From an uncultured bacterium (GTDB lineage Bacteria > Hydrothermota > Tepidihabitantia > Tepidihabitantales > Tepidihabitantaceae), in the NCBI GenBank assembly GCA_964412225.1, contig CAYPNB010000004.1, positions 16,170 to 80,169 on the forward strand: a stretch of 64,000 bases of DNA. Direction: 5' to 3'. The notes beneath the pieces were generated by a model. That model did no database searches. It was given only the letters and a program-made list of their open reading frames with translations, and had not been told where the DNA came from. A program made the translations under genes and the position numbers. Below, one piece after another: positions 1-10,435 of this stretch; positions within the stretch are counted from its first letter, which is position 1, and each line of letters starts with the position of its first letter.

Positions 1-2894
1 GCTGGTTACCCGAAGACGACATCGCCTATGATGTTGCCATCGGTAAAGCCGGTGATGTTTATCTGTGCGGGGCGGTGAGCGATACCCATCATTTTCTTTC
101 GGCATTCTGGGTAGCAAGAGTCAATCCCGATAACGGCAATCTGATATGGACGCGGAGTTATATCCTTGACACCAACGCCTTTAATAGCCATCAGGACCGG
201 CATCCGGATTTTGTAATGTTTGACTGGGACCGCTGGGATAACTGTGCGGCGGCGCTGGCGATTTCGCCCGATTCCGGTCATATCGTTGTCACCGGTTTTG
301 GTTATAGCGATGCCCGAAGTTACCAGGTCTGGACGATGAAGTTTTTGCCCAACGGAACCAGGAGGTGGGCAAGGGAGCACTACTTCTCTTTAGATTACGA
401 CGACGCAGGGTTTGATGTTGCGGTGGCGGATAACGGTTATGTGTTTGTCGCCGGGTTTGAGGAGAGTGATGCCACCTATTATGACGCAACACTTTTACGC
501 TACGGTCCGGATGGCAGTGGCCCTACGGTCAGACGGGTTAACGACCCGATGGATGATGAGGATTATTTTTTCAGCGTGGTCCTGGATGATTCCAATCCGC
601 AGAATGTGTATGCTACCGGCGCCTATTATCAGAGTACAACCAGCCGGTTTGACATCATTACCTATAAGGCAAACTTGGCATTGACTCCGCGCTGGGGTAA
701 TGCGGGAGCGATATTTTCTACCACGGTTGACGAATACGGTTTTGACATCGCCTATAATCAGGGGCGAATCTATGTGGCAGGACAGAGGGGAAATGACCTG
801 CTTGTACTCTGTTACACTACCGCCAATAGCGTACCTAAGGATACGCTCTGGTCTTTTACCTACAATTCACCGTACAATCAGGAGGATTTTGGCGCGGCGA
901 TTTGCGCCTCCGATTCAAACCGGGTGTTTGTTGCTGGACAGGCGGCGCGGACCGCGATGGTTGCTGGGCCGACTGATTTGATTGCCGCCCGGCTTTTTTA
1001 CCCATATCCGGATATGGGCGTGGAGAGGATTGTTGCTCCCGGTGATACGGTGGGTTATCTGGACACAGTAATCCCGCAGGTTTTATTTGTTAACACCGGA
1101 AACACCATTGCCCGTTTTTCGGCAAGACTCAGGATTGGCAGTGGCTACAATAGTACCGTTAACTGGAACACACCGGTTTACCCGGGGGAATCCTGTCTGG
1201 TGAATTTTGCCAGCTGGATTGCTGAATCAATAGGCAAACTGGCGATTGCCTGTACCGTTGCCATTGCCGGTGACCGGCAACCGCTGAATAATCTTCTGAT
1301 TGATTCGGTACTGGTGTTGCCACCTGATGTTGGTTGTCTGCGAATTGTTGCTCCGGTTGATACAGTTGATTCTGGCGCGGTAGTCCAGCCCCGGGTCTGG
1401 GTTCGCAACTACGGTGGTGTTCTGGCTAACTTTCCGGTACGGATGGTAATCGGTGACGGTTATCAGGATGAACGTTGGGTTACGTTGGTGCCTGGAGAAA
1501 GCGCCGCAGTGAGTTTTACCAACTGGCAGGCGGTTACGACCGGGACTTGGGGGGTGCGTTGTTCAACGCGGCTTGCTGGTGATAACAATCCGGTTAATGA
1601 CCGGGTTGAGGGTGTTGTGGTTGTTCGTTCTCGTGGTATAACCTGGCCTCCGGGTTGGCGTGAGGTGGCATCACTGCTTGCTTCTCCTTCAGGCCGCCAG
1701 ATAAAGGACGGTGGATGGCTGGCGGCAGATGCGGACAATGGGATGATTTATGCTGCCAAGGGTTATAAGGTTGGCGATTTTTATCGGTATGATGTCCTCG
1801 GTAACAGCTGGGTTAATCTTGCCCCCTGGCTGGGGGGTAGAGAGGGAAGGGCACCTTATAAGGGGTCGGTTGGCTGCTATGGAGGTGGTTTTGTCTGGGC
1901 GACCAAGGGAAACAATACCCTTGGTTTCTGGCGGTACTGGGTTAACGGTGATTCCTGGCAACAACTGGCGGATGTGTTACCCGGTAATTCGGGCAAGAAC
2001 GTCAAGGGTGGCACAGATATGGTTTACCTGGTGCGGGGGGATACCCCTTATGTTTACCTGTTGAAGGGATATAAGACCGATTTTCTTCGTTATAACACAA
2101 TAACCGGGCAATGGCAGACATTGCCCGATGCTCCGAGCGGCTCCCGTGCCAAATGGGACCGGGGTTCCTGGCTGGTGTATGATGGCGCTAATACCCTGTA
2201 TGCCCATAAGGCAAAATATCACGAATTATGGGCTTTTGACCTTAATTCTCAGCAGTGGCGTCCCGAGCGGTTAATTGGTGTTCCCTTTACAAGCGGTAAA
2301 ACCGGCAAGACCAAAAAGTCTAAAGACGGTGGTTCTGCTGCCTGGTTTAACGGTGCCATCTATAGCCTGAAGGGAGGAAATACCTGTGAATTCTGGATGG
2401 GTGACCCGGTCGGACAGCTCTGGACCGAACTGGATACGATTCCTCAGATCGGTTCCACCGGTAGAAAAAAGCGGGTTAAAGGCGGTGGCGATATTGTCTA
2501 CGCCCTTAATGCCTTCTGGGCTTTTAAGGGCAATAAGACGCTGGAGTTCTGGCGCTATGGGCTACCGGTTGCAGACAAAATCACTGTGCCCGGGGATAAA
2601 AACGGACCTGCTGAAATGGTTAGTATATCCCGGCTGCCGGTTTTTCAGGTTGTTCCCAGCGTTTCTGGTGGTGAAGGTGTGAGGTTACGCTATGATTTAC
2701 CCGGACCGAGGAATGTGACGGTCAGTTTCTACGACCGGACCGGCAGGTTGCTGATGGTACCGGTTACCCAACGGCGAATTGCCGGAAGTGGCGAGATGTT
2801 TCTGGGCACCGGCCGACTTGCCAGCGGGGTTTATATCATCCGGCTGGATACCGATGATGGTTTGCAGACCGTTAAAATGGTGGTTCGCCGGTAA
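1..2894 (+). CDS. 5'-truncated large secreted repeat protein. N-terminal half has SBBP-type beta-propeller repeats, the middle has six Kelch-like ~50-aa blades (approx nt 1700-2580), and the C-terminus has a T9SS sorting domain.
   Basis: The reading frame is open to nt 1, with no stop upstream of the GTG at 75. Repeated units of the form Y-x-G...FD[IV]A-x-D-x-x-G-x-[IV]Y[VL]-[AT]G recur (e.g. DIAYDVAIGKAGDVYLCG, GFDVAVADNGYVFVAGF, GFDIAYNQGRIYVAGQ). Six Trp-containing blades follow (YRYDVLGNSW, FWRYWVNGDSW, FLRYNTITGQW, LWAFDLNSQQW, FWMGDPVGQLW, FWRYGLP). The C-terminus ...VSFYDRTGRLLMV...SGVYIIRLDTDDGLQTVKMVVRR matches the Por_Secre_tail pattern. Confidence 0.6.
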   Translation, partial: WLPEDDIAYDVAIGKAGDVYLCGAVSDTHHFLSAFWVARVNPDNGNLIWTRSYILDTNAFNSHQDRHPDFVMFDWDRWDNCAAALAISPDSGHIVVTGFGYSDARSYQVWTMKFLPNGTRRWAREHYFSLDYDDAGFDVAVADNGYVFVAGFEESDATYYDATLLRYGPDGSGPTVRRVNDPMDDEDYFFSVVLDDSNPQNVYATGAYYQSTTSRFDIITYKANLALTPRWGNAGAIFSTTVDEYGFDIAYNQGRIYVAGQRGNDLLVLCYTTANSVPKDTLWSFTYNSPYNQEDFGAAICASDSNRVFVAGQAARTAMVAGPTDLIAARLFYPYPDMGVERIVAPGDTVGYLDTVIPQVLFVNTGNTIARFSARLRIGSGYNSTVNWNTPVYPGESCLVNFASWIAESIGKLAIACTVAIAGDRQPLNNLLIDSVLVLPPDVGCLRIVAPVDTVDSGAVVQPRVWVRNYGGVLANFPVRMVIGDGYQDERWVTLVPGESAAVSFTNWQAVTTGTWGVRCSTRLAGDNNPVNDRVEGVVVVRSRGITWPPGWREVASLLASPSGRQIKDGGWLAADADNGMIYAAKGYKVGDFYRYDVLGNSWVNLAPWLGGREGRAPYKGSVGCYGGGFVWATKGNNTLGFWRYWVNGDSWQQLADVLPGNSGKNVKGGTDMVYLVRGDTPYVYLLKGYKTDFLRYNTITGQWQTLPDAPSGSRAKWDRGSWLVYDGANTLYAHKAKYHELWAFDLNSQQWRPERLIGVPFTSGKTGKTKKSKDGGSAAWFNGAIYSLKGGNTCEFWMGDPVGQLWTELDTIPQIGSTGRKKRVKGGGDIVYALNAFWAFKGNKTLEFWRYGLPVADKITVPGDKNGPAEMVSISRLPVFQVVPSVSGGEGVRLRYDLPGPRNVTVSFYDRTGRLLMVPVTQRRIAGSGEMFLGTGRLASGVYIIRLDTDDGLQTVKMVVRR

Positions 2895-2900
2895 CGACGG

Positions 2901-4397
2901 CTAACGAAGGATTACGACCGCCGCGGTAGAGGAGCGGTCATAAGGACAGATAAAGTAGATGCCGCCGGAGAGGGAAGAGAGGTCGTTTTCACCCATTTTA
3001 AGTCTGAACACCGTTCTGCCGGTGACGTCGCGCAGAATGCCATGAGATGCGGAAAACAGGGTTTTTTTGCGGGGAATGGTGGTGATGGTAGATGTTGTGC
3101 CGGGTGATTTCGGTTTCCGGGGTTCGGCAACCGGGGTCGGTAGCCGCGGTTTTAACAATCCGTCCCCGATCAGGCACATTCCATAAAACCAGGAACGTTC
3201 CCAGGGTTCAAAACCGTCTTCTGCCTGGCGGGAAAACCACTGACGGAATGCCTCGGCAATAGTTACGCCCGAACTGAGAGGACTGTAGAAGTCCCCAAAT
3301 TCAAGCATTGAGCCGGTTTTGGTGGAACCGATGGCACCGAGGCCGGTGGCGGTCTGAAATACGTATCTCCCGCCACAGTAACCGGGTTCAACATAGCGAA
3401 CATTGGAACAGGCGAACAGGTTGTAGAAGCAGATTTGTGGGTCAAGTCCGGGAATCAGGTTGGCGTAAAACCAATCCCAGTCCCGGCCGTGGTTATATTT
3501 CATCGCATGACCGCCGGGCCAGGAATGGGAGCACAGTTGGAGCCATTGATAAGCGGCGGTGTCAATTCTGGGACGATAGTCAAGAACACGGGTCTGCTCG
3601 GAATCGGCGATGAATACCCGGCTGGGGTAGAGAAAACCAACCTGGGCGTTCCATTCCGCTGCCCAGGGTGTCCAGTCATCGTCAATATAGACGAGAGCCC
3701 GGTCGGTTACCGCAAGTTGACCGGTGCGATAGGCGTGACAACGGGCGAGATAGCGCCGGATAAGCGAGTCTTCGTTACCGATGGTGGCGACAAAAATTCG
3801 GGCGATGCCGATTTCTGGTGCCACGTTACCGTAGTGGTTATCGTAAATGGAGTCGTTACCCGGGATGAGCGAGTCAAGGGTGTCGTAGCGGATTTGATTG
3901 TCTTCCCAGGTTCCGTCCAGATCCATGAAATAAAGGTCGCAGGGAAATTCTTCGTAACCTTCGTCCGGGTCCCGGCGTCCGTTGCTATTCCAGTCGTCAA
4001 TTATCTGAAACCAGGCAACCGGCAGGTTACCGATAAGTGTCGCCGCGACCAGCCCGTGCCGATATTCCTGTTGGAGAAAAACGCGCAGTGATTCCGGGCG
4101 ATCGCCGGTAACCAGAAAGAGCGCTACCTCGTAACCCTCGGTAACCAGATCGGCAATCAGGGTGTCAATTGCGGGGGCGATGTCAGGATAGAGAGGCGAG
4201 GATACGAGGAGGGCAATCCGCGGGTCAAAATCGTTGCCGACTGTTTTAAATGGTGTGACACGCCAGGGTTTTTCGGCAGACTTTTGATGCCACTCCCGGT
4301 AACCGGTGGGGCGGGAGTGAACCGGGCTCATCCAGCGGAGGACGGTTACATCCGGTATGGCGGTTGCAATGACGATGGTAATCAACAGTAGATTCAC
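2901..4397 (-). CDS. Secreted peptidase C25 (gingipain-like) family protein with a T9SS C-terminal sorting domain.
   Basis: N-terminal signal-like MNLLLITIVIATA. Blocks ALLVSSPLYPDIAPAIDTLIADLVTEGYEV, ATLIGNLPVAWF, FPCDLYFMDLDG and APEIGIARIFVATIGNEDSLIRRYLARCHAYRTG follow the C25 family pattern. The C-terminus ...LRDVTGRTVFRL...SGGIYFICPYD...VVILR is CTD-like. Catalytic His/Cys were not confidently assigned. Confidence 0.45.
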   Translation of the reverse strand: MNLLLITIVIATAIPDVTVLRWMSPVHSRPTGYREWHQKSAEKPWRVTPFKTVGNDFDPRIALLVSSPLYPDIAPAIDTLIADLVTEGYEVALFLVTGDRPESLRVFLQQEYRHGLVAATLIGNLPVAWFQIIDDWNSNGRRDPDEGYEEFPCDLYFMDLDGTWEDNQIRYDTLDSLIPGNDSIYDNHYGNVAPEIGIARIFVATIGNEDSLIRRYLARCHAYRTGQLAVTDRALVYIDDDWTPWAAEWNAQVGFLYPSRVFIADSEQTRVLDYRPRIDTAAYQWLQLCSHSWPGGHAMKYNHGRDWDWFYANLIPGLDPQICFYNLFACSNVRYVEPGYCGGRYVFQTATGLGAIGSTKTGSMLEFGDFYSPLSSGVTIAEAFRQWFSRQAEDGFEPWERSWFYGMCLIGDGLLKPRLPTPVAEPRKPKSPGTTSTITTIPRKKTLFSASHGILRDVTGRTVFRLKMGENDLSSLSGGIYFICPYDRSSTAAVVILR

Positions 4398-4627
4398 AAG
4401 ATAAGTTTAGCGTTTCCCAAAGAGCGGTCAAATGGAGAAGGGCGGTTTTTTAGCAGGGTTTCCAGTTCTGATTAACCGGCCTATTTTCCCAGTTGGCGTT
4501 CGGGGCGGCGGATGATAAAACATAAAGATCCCGAGATTTGTGATTTTTAACGTGACAACCTCGGTGTATCACTTTAACTTTTATTTAATCAATGGGTTAA
4601 GTAATTTGTCCTGATGTTTTTGGGTAT

Positions 4628-4651
4628 ACCCCCGGGGTGACCCCGGGGGTG
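4628..4651. repeat. Palindromic GC motif CCCCCGGGGTGACCCCGGGGGTGG (copy 1 of 3) in the divergent promoter region upstream of the carboxyltransferase gene.
   Basis: Two self-complementary CCCCGGGG octamers separated by TGA. The same motif with one central change occurs at 30248-30268, and a core variant occurs at 43436-43456. Confidence 0.55.
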
Positions 4652-4870
4652 GTTGTCTGGTCTGGTTTTATTGTCTTTTGGATTGTTGCCGGTGTCATCG
4701 GATGGAGTTTGGAAAAGCGGTAGCAAACCGCAGACAAATTTGCAGGGAAAATTGGGTAGTAACGGATTAGTTATTTTCAGGGGCAAGATGATTTTGAGTC
4801 TCAGTCGCCGGGGTTATTTTCTGGAAAGGGGATGCGGGTTGTGTTCAGGGGGAAAAGATTTTAACATTAT

Positions 4871-4899
4871 TTGACAAGAGGCAAAGTTGGGTTTACCAT
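4871..4899 (+). promoter_or_regulatory. Candidate sigma70 promoter for the carboxyltransferase-mutase-epimerase operon.
   Basis: TTGACA at 4871-4876, a 17-nt spacer, then TACCAT at 4894-4899. GGAG sits 8 nt upstream of the ATG at 4932. Confidence 0.3.
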
Positions 4900-4931
4900 C
4901 ATTTTAATTGGTAACCATCCGGAGATAAATA

Positions 4932-6485
4932 ATGGCAAAATTGGACGATGTTCAGAATGAGTTGAGAAGGCGGAACGAGCAGGCGCTTTCCGGTGGCGGT
5001 GAGGAGCGGATTAAGAAGCAGCACGAGGAGGGAAAGTTAACCGCCCGGGAGCGGATTGAGTTGCTTGTTGATAAGGGGAGTTTTGTTGAGCTGGACCGGT
5101 TGCGGGTTCATACCTGTTCCGATTTTGGTATGGATAAGAAGAAGATTCCCGGTGATGCGGTGGTTACCGGTTACGGCAAGATTCACGGTCGGCCGGTGGC
5201 GGTTTTCTCCCAGGATTTCACCGTTTTCGGTGGGACGCTTTCCCGAGTTTTTGCGGAAAAGGTTTGCAAGATAATGGACCTGGCGATGAGGGTCGGGATG
5301 CCGATTATCGGCTTGAACGACTCCGGAGGCGCGCGGATTCAGGAAGGGGTGGAGAGTCTGGCGGGCTATGCGGAGATTTTTTTAAGGAATACCCTGGCTT
5401 CAGGTGTTGTGCCCCAGATTTCGGCGATTATGGGACCTTGTGCTGGCGGAGCGGTGTATTCGCCGGCGCTGACCGATTTCATTTTTATGACCGAGGGGAC
5501 GAGTTATATGTTTATCACCGGGCCGGAGGTGATTAAGGCGGTGACCAAGGAAGAGGTGACCAAGGAGAAACTGGGCGGTGCTGATACCCACAATGCGGTT
5601 TCCGGAGTGGCTCATTTTAAGGATATTGATGACAAGGACCTTTTGGAGCGCATCCGGAAGTTGCTGACCTATCTTCCCCAGAATAATCGGGAGAAGCCAC
5701 CCCGGATGCCCGCACGGGACCGGCCCGACCGTCCGGTGGAAGGCGTTGAGGAGATAATGCCCGACGACCCGCGCCAGCCCTATGATATGTTGCAGATAAT
5801 TCTACGGGTGGTTGACCAGGGGAGTTTTTTTGAGGTACAGCGAGACTGGGCGAAAAATATCATTATCGGGTTTGCCCGGATGGATGGCGAAACGGTGGGA
5901 ATTGTCGCCAATCAGCCGAAGTTTCTTGCCGGTTGTCTGGATATTGACGCCTCGGTGAAGGCGGCAAGGTTTGTGCGATTTCTGGATGCGTTTAACATTC
6001 CGATTGTGACTTTTGTTGATGTACCTGGATTTCTGCCCGGCACCGCCCAGGAATACGGCGGGATTATCCGGCATGGAGCAAAGCTGCTTTATGCCTATTG
6101 CGAGGCGACGGTGCCCAAGGTTACCATCATCACCCGACGGGCTTACGGTGGCGCCTATGATGTGATGTCTTCCAAGCACATCCGGGGCGATTTTAATTTC
6201 GCCTGGCCGACTGCGGAGATTGCGGTGATGGGATCGGAAGGGGCGGTGAATATCATCTTCCGGAGGGAAATTGCCGAGGCGGCAAATCCGGAGGAGAAGA
6301 AGCGCCGGCTGGTTGAGGAGTACGAGAAGAAGTTCGGCAATCCATTTAAGGCGGCGGAACTGGGTTATGTTGATGAGGTGATTGAGTTTCAGAATACGAG
6401 AAGAAAGATAATTGAGAGTTTGCAGGTGCTGCAGACAAAGCAGTTGACCAACCCGTGGAAGAAACACGGGTGCATTCCCCTTTAA
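4932..6485 (+). CDS. Methylmalonyl-CoA carboxyltransferase / propionyl-CoA carboxylase beta subunit family protein (PccB/MmdA-type, 12S-like).
   Basis: 517 aa. Full-length similarity to carboxyltransferase domain proteins ([73 protein letters not shown]). RBS GGAG precedes the ATG. Confidence 0.85.
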   Translation: MAKLDDVQNELRRRNEQALSGGGEERIKKQHEEGKLTARERIELLVDKGSFVELDRLRVHTCSDFGMDKKKIPGDAVVTGYGKIHGRPVAVFSQDFTVFGGTLSRVFAEKVCKIMDLAMRVGMPIIGLNDSGGARIQEGVESLAGYAEIFLRNTLASGVVPQISAIMGPCAGGAVYSPALTDFIFMTEGTSYMFITGPEVIKAVTKEEVTKEKLGGADTHNAVSGVAHFKDIDDKDLLERIRKLLTYLPQNNREKPPRMPARDRPDRPVEGVEEIMPDDPRQPYDMLQIILRVVDQGSFFEVQRDWAKNIIIGFARMDGETVGIVANQPKFLAGCLDIDASVKAARFVRFLDAFNIPIVTFVDVPGFLPGTAQEYGGIIRHGAKLLYAYCEATVPKVTIITRRAYGGAYDVMSSKHIRGDFNFAWPTAEIAVMGSEGAVNIIFRREIAEAANPEEKKRRLVEEYEKKFGNPFKAAELGYVDEVIEFQNTRRKIIESLQVLQTKQLTNPWKKHGCIPL

Positions 6486-6488
6486 GAG

Positions 6489-8162
6489 ATGGCAGAAAAG
6501 AAGAAAAAGCCCGGGTCCGATTTGCTGGCAGCGATGGCGCGCTGGGAAAAGGAGACGCTGCGGCCGGCACTGGAGAAAATGCCCGAGCAGAAGGAGGAGT
6601 TTAGTACCGTTTCCGGGATTCCGGTGCGGCGGGTTTACACCCCTCTTGACCGGGAGGGTGAAAACTATCTTGAGGATCAGGGGTTGCCGGGCGGTTTCCC
6701 ATTTACCCGCGGGGTCCAGCCGACGATGTATCGTTCGCGGTTCTGGACGATGCGTCAGTATGCCGGTTTTGGTTCGGCCGAAGAAACCAACGCCCGTTAC
6801 CACTATCTGCTGCACCAGGGGCAGACTGGTTTATCGGTAGCATTTGACCTGCCGACCCAGATGGGCTATGACTCAGACGCACCCCAGGCGCTGGGCGAGG
6901 TGGGTAAGGTTGGGGTGGCGATTTCTACCCTGGCGGATATGGAACGGCTTTTTCAGGGAATTCCTTTAGACAGAGTTTCTACATCAATGACCATTAACGC
7001 AACCGCAGGAATTCTTTTGGCGATGTACTGCGTGGTGGCTGAGCGTCAAGGCGTGCCGGTGGCAAAACTCCAGGGGACAATTCAAAATGATGTCCTCAAG
7101 GAGTATGTGGCACGGGGCACATATATCTTTCCGCCCCGGCAGTCGTTGCGGCTGGTTACCGATATCATCGCTTGGTGCGCTGAGGAGATGCCGAAGTGGA
7201 ATGCAATGAGCATCTCCGGTTACCACATCCGGGAGGCGGGTGCGACCGCGGTGCAGGAGGTGGCGTTTACACTGGCCAACGGTCTGGAATATGTTCGGGC
7301 GGTAAGTGAGCGGGGTCTGCCGGTAGACCGGTTTGCCCCCCGGCTGTCGTTTTTCTTTGCCGCCCACTCTAATATTCTGGAAGAGGTGGCGAAGTTCCGG
7401 GCGGCAAGACGGCTCTGGGCGCGACTTCTGCGGGAGCGGTTCGGGGCTTCAGACGAGTCCTGTAAATTGCGATTTCACACCCAGACCGGCGGTGTTACCC
7501 TCACCGCCCAGCAGCCAGAAAACAACATCATCCGGGTTGCCTATCAGGCGTTAGCGGCGGTTCTCGGCGGAACCCAGAGTTTGCACACCAACTCGCGGGA
7601 TGAGGCGTTGTCTTTGCCCAGTGAGGATTCGGTGACAATTGCCCTGCGTACCCAGCAGATTCTTGCCTATGAGACCGGGGTGGGGGATACCGTTGATCCC
7701 CTGGCGGGTTCCTACTTTGTGGAGAGTTTGACCGATGAAATTGAAGCCCGGGCGCGGGCGCTGATTGAGGAAATTGACCGACGGGGCGGGGCGGTAAAGG
7801 CGATAGAACAGGGTTTTATCCAGGCTCAGATTGAGGAGAGTGCCTGGCGTTACCAGCAGGAGGTAGAGAAGGGAAACCGTGTGGTGGTAGGGGTGAACCG
7901 ATTCACTGACAATATTCAGCCACCGGTGAAGGTGTTGAAAGTTGACGAGGCGCTGGCGGCGCGGCGGGCAAAGGAGTTACAGGAGTTTCGCGTCAGTCGT
8001 TCGCCGGCGGTGGCAACGGCACTCCGGCGGGTGGTGGAGGTTGCCCAGAGCGAGGAGAATCTAATGCCCACGCTTCTGGCGGCGGTGCGAGTCGGTGCCA
8101 CCGTAGGTGAAATCAGCGATGCCCTACGCCAGGTTTTTGGTGAATATGACCGGATGCGTTAG
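6489..8162 (+). CDS. Methylmalonyl-CoA mutase, large catalytic (TIM-barrel) subunit. No C-terminal B12-binding domain is present.
   Basis: 557 aa. [56 protein letters not shown] and TINATA match the MCM catalytic domain. The gene ends at 8162 without a cobalamin-binding (DxHxxG) domain. Confidence 0.85.
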   Translation: MAEKKKKPGSDLLAAMARWEKETLRPALEKMPEQKEEFSTVSGIPVRRVYTPLDREGENYLEDQGLPGGFPFTRGVQPTMYRSRFWTMRQYAGFGSAEETNARYHYLLHQGQTGLSVAFDLPTQMGYDSDAPQALGEVGKVGVAISTLADMERLFQGIPLDRVSTSMTINATAGILLAMYCVVAERQGVPVAKLQGTIQNDVLKEYVARGTYIFPPRQSLRLVTDIIAWCAEEMPKWNAMSISGYHIREAGATAVQEVAFTLANGLEYVRAVSERGLPVDRFAPRLSFFFAAHSNILEEVAKFRAARRLWARLLRERFGASDESCKLRFHTQTGGVTLTAQQPENNIIRVAYQALAAVLGGTQSLHTNSRDEALSLPSEDSVTIALRTQQILAYETGVGDTVDPLAGSYFVESLTDEIEARARALIEEIDRRGGAVKAIEQGFIQAQIEESAWRYQQEVEKGNRVVVGVNRFTDNIQPPVKVLKVDEALAARRAKELQEFRVSRSPAVATALRRVVEVAQSEENLMPTLLAAVRVGATVGEISDALRQVFGEYDRMR

Positions 8163-8186
8163 CGGTTTTAACCGAAGGGAGGCGTA

Positions 8187-8600
8187 ATGGTAAAAAGGGT
8201 GGCACATATTGCCATTGCGGTTAATAATGTTGACGAGGCGGCACGGTTCTGGACCGAAAAACTGGGGCTGAAACTGGCGGGAAAGGAGACGGTGCCGCAC
8301 CGGAAGGTGACAGTTGGTTTTATTGACATCGGAGGGGTAAAACTGGAACTGGTACAGCCGGATGCATCGGATGCGCCGGTTGCCCGGTTTATCGCCGAGC
8401 GGGGGCCGGGGCTTCATCACATCTGTTTTGAGGTTGATGACATTGAGGCGGAGTTCAAGCGGTTAGCTGAAGCAGGGGTGAAACTGGTTGACCAGTCACC
8501 CCAGACCGGGGCGGGTGGCACCAGGACATTTTTTGTTCACCCACGTTCAGCCGGTGGGGTACTGGTGGAGTTGAATCAACCCGGAGAGGTGGCGCCGTAG
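8187..8600 (+). CDS. mce: Methylmalonyl-CoA epimerase (VOC/glyoxalase family).
   Basis: 137 aa. HIAIAVNNVDEA...GPGLHHICFEVDDIE...AGGVLVEL is a typical epimerase pattern. It sits immediately downstream of the mutase. Confidence 0.75.
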   Translation: MVKRVAHIAIAVNNVDEAARFWTEKLGLKLAGKETVPHRKVTVGFIDIGGVKLELVQPDASDAPVARFIAERGPGLHHICFEVDDIEAEFKRLAEAGVKLVDQSPQTGAGGTRTFFVHPRSAGGVLVELNQPGEVAP

Positions 8601-9472
8601 ACGTTCCGACGGATGAAGTTTTCATTCTGGCGCCAGCCTTTGGCTACTTTTACCCAGAGTTCCAGGTAGACCGGTCGGCCGACAAATTGTTCAATTGCCA
8701 ATCGGGCGGTTGAGCCGACTTTCTTCAGCGCCCGGCCACCGTCACCGATGATAATCCCTTTCTGAGATTCGCGTTCTACGTAGATAACCGCACGGATGTA
8801 ATCCTTGCTTCCTGGTTTTTCCTGCCATTCTTCCACCATTACCGTTGTGGAATAAGGAATCTCGGCGCCGTAGTAAGTGAATATCGCTTCCCGGATAAGT
8901 TCAGCGGCAAAAAAACGTTCCGGATGGATGGAGACGATATCCGGGGGATAAAGAGGGGGGGCAACCGGTAGCAGTGAGATGATGCCGGTCTTTAGTTCTT
9001 CAATACCGTCACCCCGGAGGGCGGAAATCATATAGATCCGTTCCAAGCCCAGTTCGGCACAGCGCTGGGCGATAGGAAGAAGCTCGGGTTTAGCAACCGC
9101 ATCAACTTTGTTGATGGCGATGACGGTCGGGCGCGTGGCAACGAGGGTCAGGTCATCGGTGACCGGAGCGGTGGCATCAATTACCGCTAACACTACATCC
9201 GCATCCGCCAGCGCCCGGGTGATTTCTCGTTTCATCATTTGCTGAAGGGCATATTTGGGGTCAAGGATTCCCGGGGTGTCAAGAAATAGGACCTGGTGGT
9301 CTGCTCCGTTGAGGATGCCGAGAATCCGGTGGCGGGTGGTCTGGGGTTTGGGGGTGACTATTGCCAGATGTTGACCGAGGAGTGTGTTAAGGAGGGTGGA
9401 TTTTCCGGCATTCGGTCTGCCGATGATAGCAACGTAGCCGCTCCGAAAATCTTTTTTTTCGGTCCCGGTCAT
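8576..9472 (-). CDS. era: GTPase Era.
   Basis: 298 aa. G1 GRPNAGKST, DTPG, NKVD and a C-terminal KH domain. Convergent with mce, with a 25-nt overlap. Confidence 0.9.
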   Translation of the reverse strand: MTGTEKKDFRSGYVAIIGRPNAGKSTLLNTLLGQHLAIVTPKPQTTRHRILGILNGADHQVLFLDTPGILDPKYALQQMMKREITRALADADVVLAVIDATAPVTDDLTLVATRPTVIAINKVDAVAKPELLPIAQRCAELGLERIYMISALRGDGIEELKTGIISLLPVAPPLYPPDIVSIHPERFFAAELIREAIFTYYGAEIPYSTTVMVEEWQEKPGSKDYIRAVIYVERESQKGIIIGDGGRALKKVGSTARLAIEQFVGRPVYLELWVKVAKGWRQNENFIRRNVYGATSPG

Positions 9473-9476
9473 GCGG

Positions 9477-10433
9477 TCAGGTTTTTATTTCTTCAAATAA
9501 GCCCATCCCGGCAAATTTCGCCACCCGCTGTGCGACCAGTTCGTCACCGGGAAGTGCGTGGAGGACGTAGTAGTTGGCAAGAACCGCTTTTTTGAGCAGT
9601 CGGGCGGCTTCATCCCAATCTTGGTGGGCGGCACCCGGCGGTTCGGGAATAATTTCGTCAATTATTCGCAAAGAAAGCAGGTCCGGGGCGGTCATTTTCA
9701 GTACTTTTGCCGCCTCTTCTGCCTTGGAGCCGTCTCGCCAGAGGATAGCCGCACAGCCTTCCGGAGAGATTACCGAGTACACCGCATTTTCCTGCATCAG
9801 GATTCGGTCTCCGACCGCAATTGCCAGTGCACCACCCGAACCACCCTCGCCGGTGACGACGACGATTATCGGGACCTCCAGTGTGGCCATTTCGCGGATG
9901 TTCCGGGCAATTGCTTCGGCCTGACCTCTTTCCTCGGCACCGATGCCGGGGTAGGCGCCCGGGGTGTCAACAAGACAAAGAATTGGCACATCGTGACGGG
10001 CGGCGAGTTCCATTACCCGCAGTGCTTTGCGATAACCTTCTGGATGGGGCATACCGAAGTTGCGCGCCAGTTTTTCCTTGGTATCGCGTCCTTTCTGGTG
10101 CCCAATGATGCAGAAGGGAATATTGTCAATTTTCCCCAGACCGGCAACAATCGCCGGGTCGTCGGCAAACGCCCGGTCGCCATGCAGTTCAACAAAATCG
10201 GTGGCGATTCGCTCAATGTAGTCAATTGTGTAGGGACGGCGGGGGTGGCGAGCCAGTTGGACCCGTTGCCAGGGGGTAAGGTGGGCGTAGAGTTTAATTT
10301 TGAGTTCTTCGATCTGGTCCCGAATTTTTTTGATTTCTGTTTGGGCGCCCAGGGCGCGGACTTCTTCTAATCGTTCAAAAAGTTCGACAAGCGGTTGTTC
10401 AAAATCCAACCACCCCTGAGCTGTTCCGGCCAT
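9477..10433 (-). CDS. accA: Acetyl-CoA carboxylase carboxyltransferase alpha subunit.
   Basis: 318 aa. LDFEQPLVELFERLEEV, RHPRRPYTIDYI, LVDTPGAYPG and GEGGSGGALA are the AccA signature blocks. Confidence 0.9.
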   Translation of the reverse strand: MAGTAQGWLDFEQPLVELFERLEEVRALGAQTEIKKIRDQIEELKIKLYAHLTPWQRVQLARHPRRPYTIDYIERIATDFVELHGDRAFADDPAIVAGLGKIDNIPFCIIGHQKGRDTKEKLARNFGMPHPEGYRKALRVMELAARHDVPILCLVDTPGAYPGIGAEERGQAEAIARNIREMATLEVPIIVVVTGEGGSGGALAIAVGDRILMQENAVYSVISPEGCAAILWRDGSKAEEAAKVLKMTAPDLLSLRIIDEIIPEPPGAAHQDWDEAARLLKKAVLANYYVLHALPGDELVAQRVAKFAGMGLFEEIKT

Positions 10434-10435
10434 GC

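Noticed and set aside
3435-4091. 218-aa plus-strand ORF.
   Set aside because: Antisense inside the C25-like gene. No signal peptide, RBS or motif.
4398-4931. Possible cobalamin riboswitch upstream of the B12-dependent methylmalonyl pathway operon.
   Set aside because: No B12-box (GCCACTG-like) or other riboswitch core could be recognised by eye in the 534-nt leader. It is left as an unstructured promoter region containing the GC palindrome.
5802-6815. 337-aa ORF on the minus strand.
   Set aside because: Lies entirely antisense to the carboxyltransferase and mutase genes. Arg/Pro/Gly-rich low-complexity translation typical of the antisense frame in GC-rich DNA. No RBS and no domain.
9558-10370. 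270-aa plus-strand ORF.
   Set aside because: Antisense to accA, which has unmistakable AccA motifs. Compositionally biased and without recognisable motifs.
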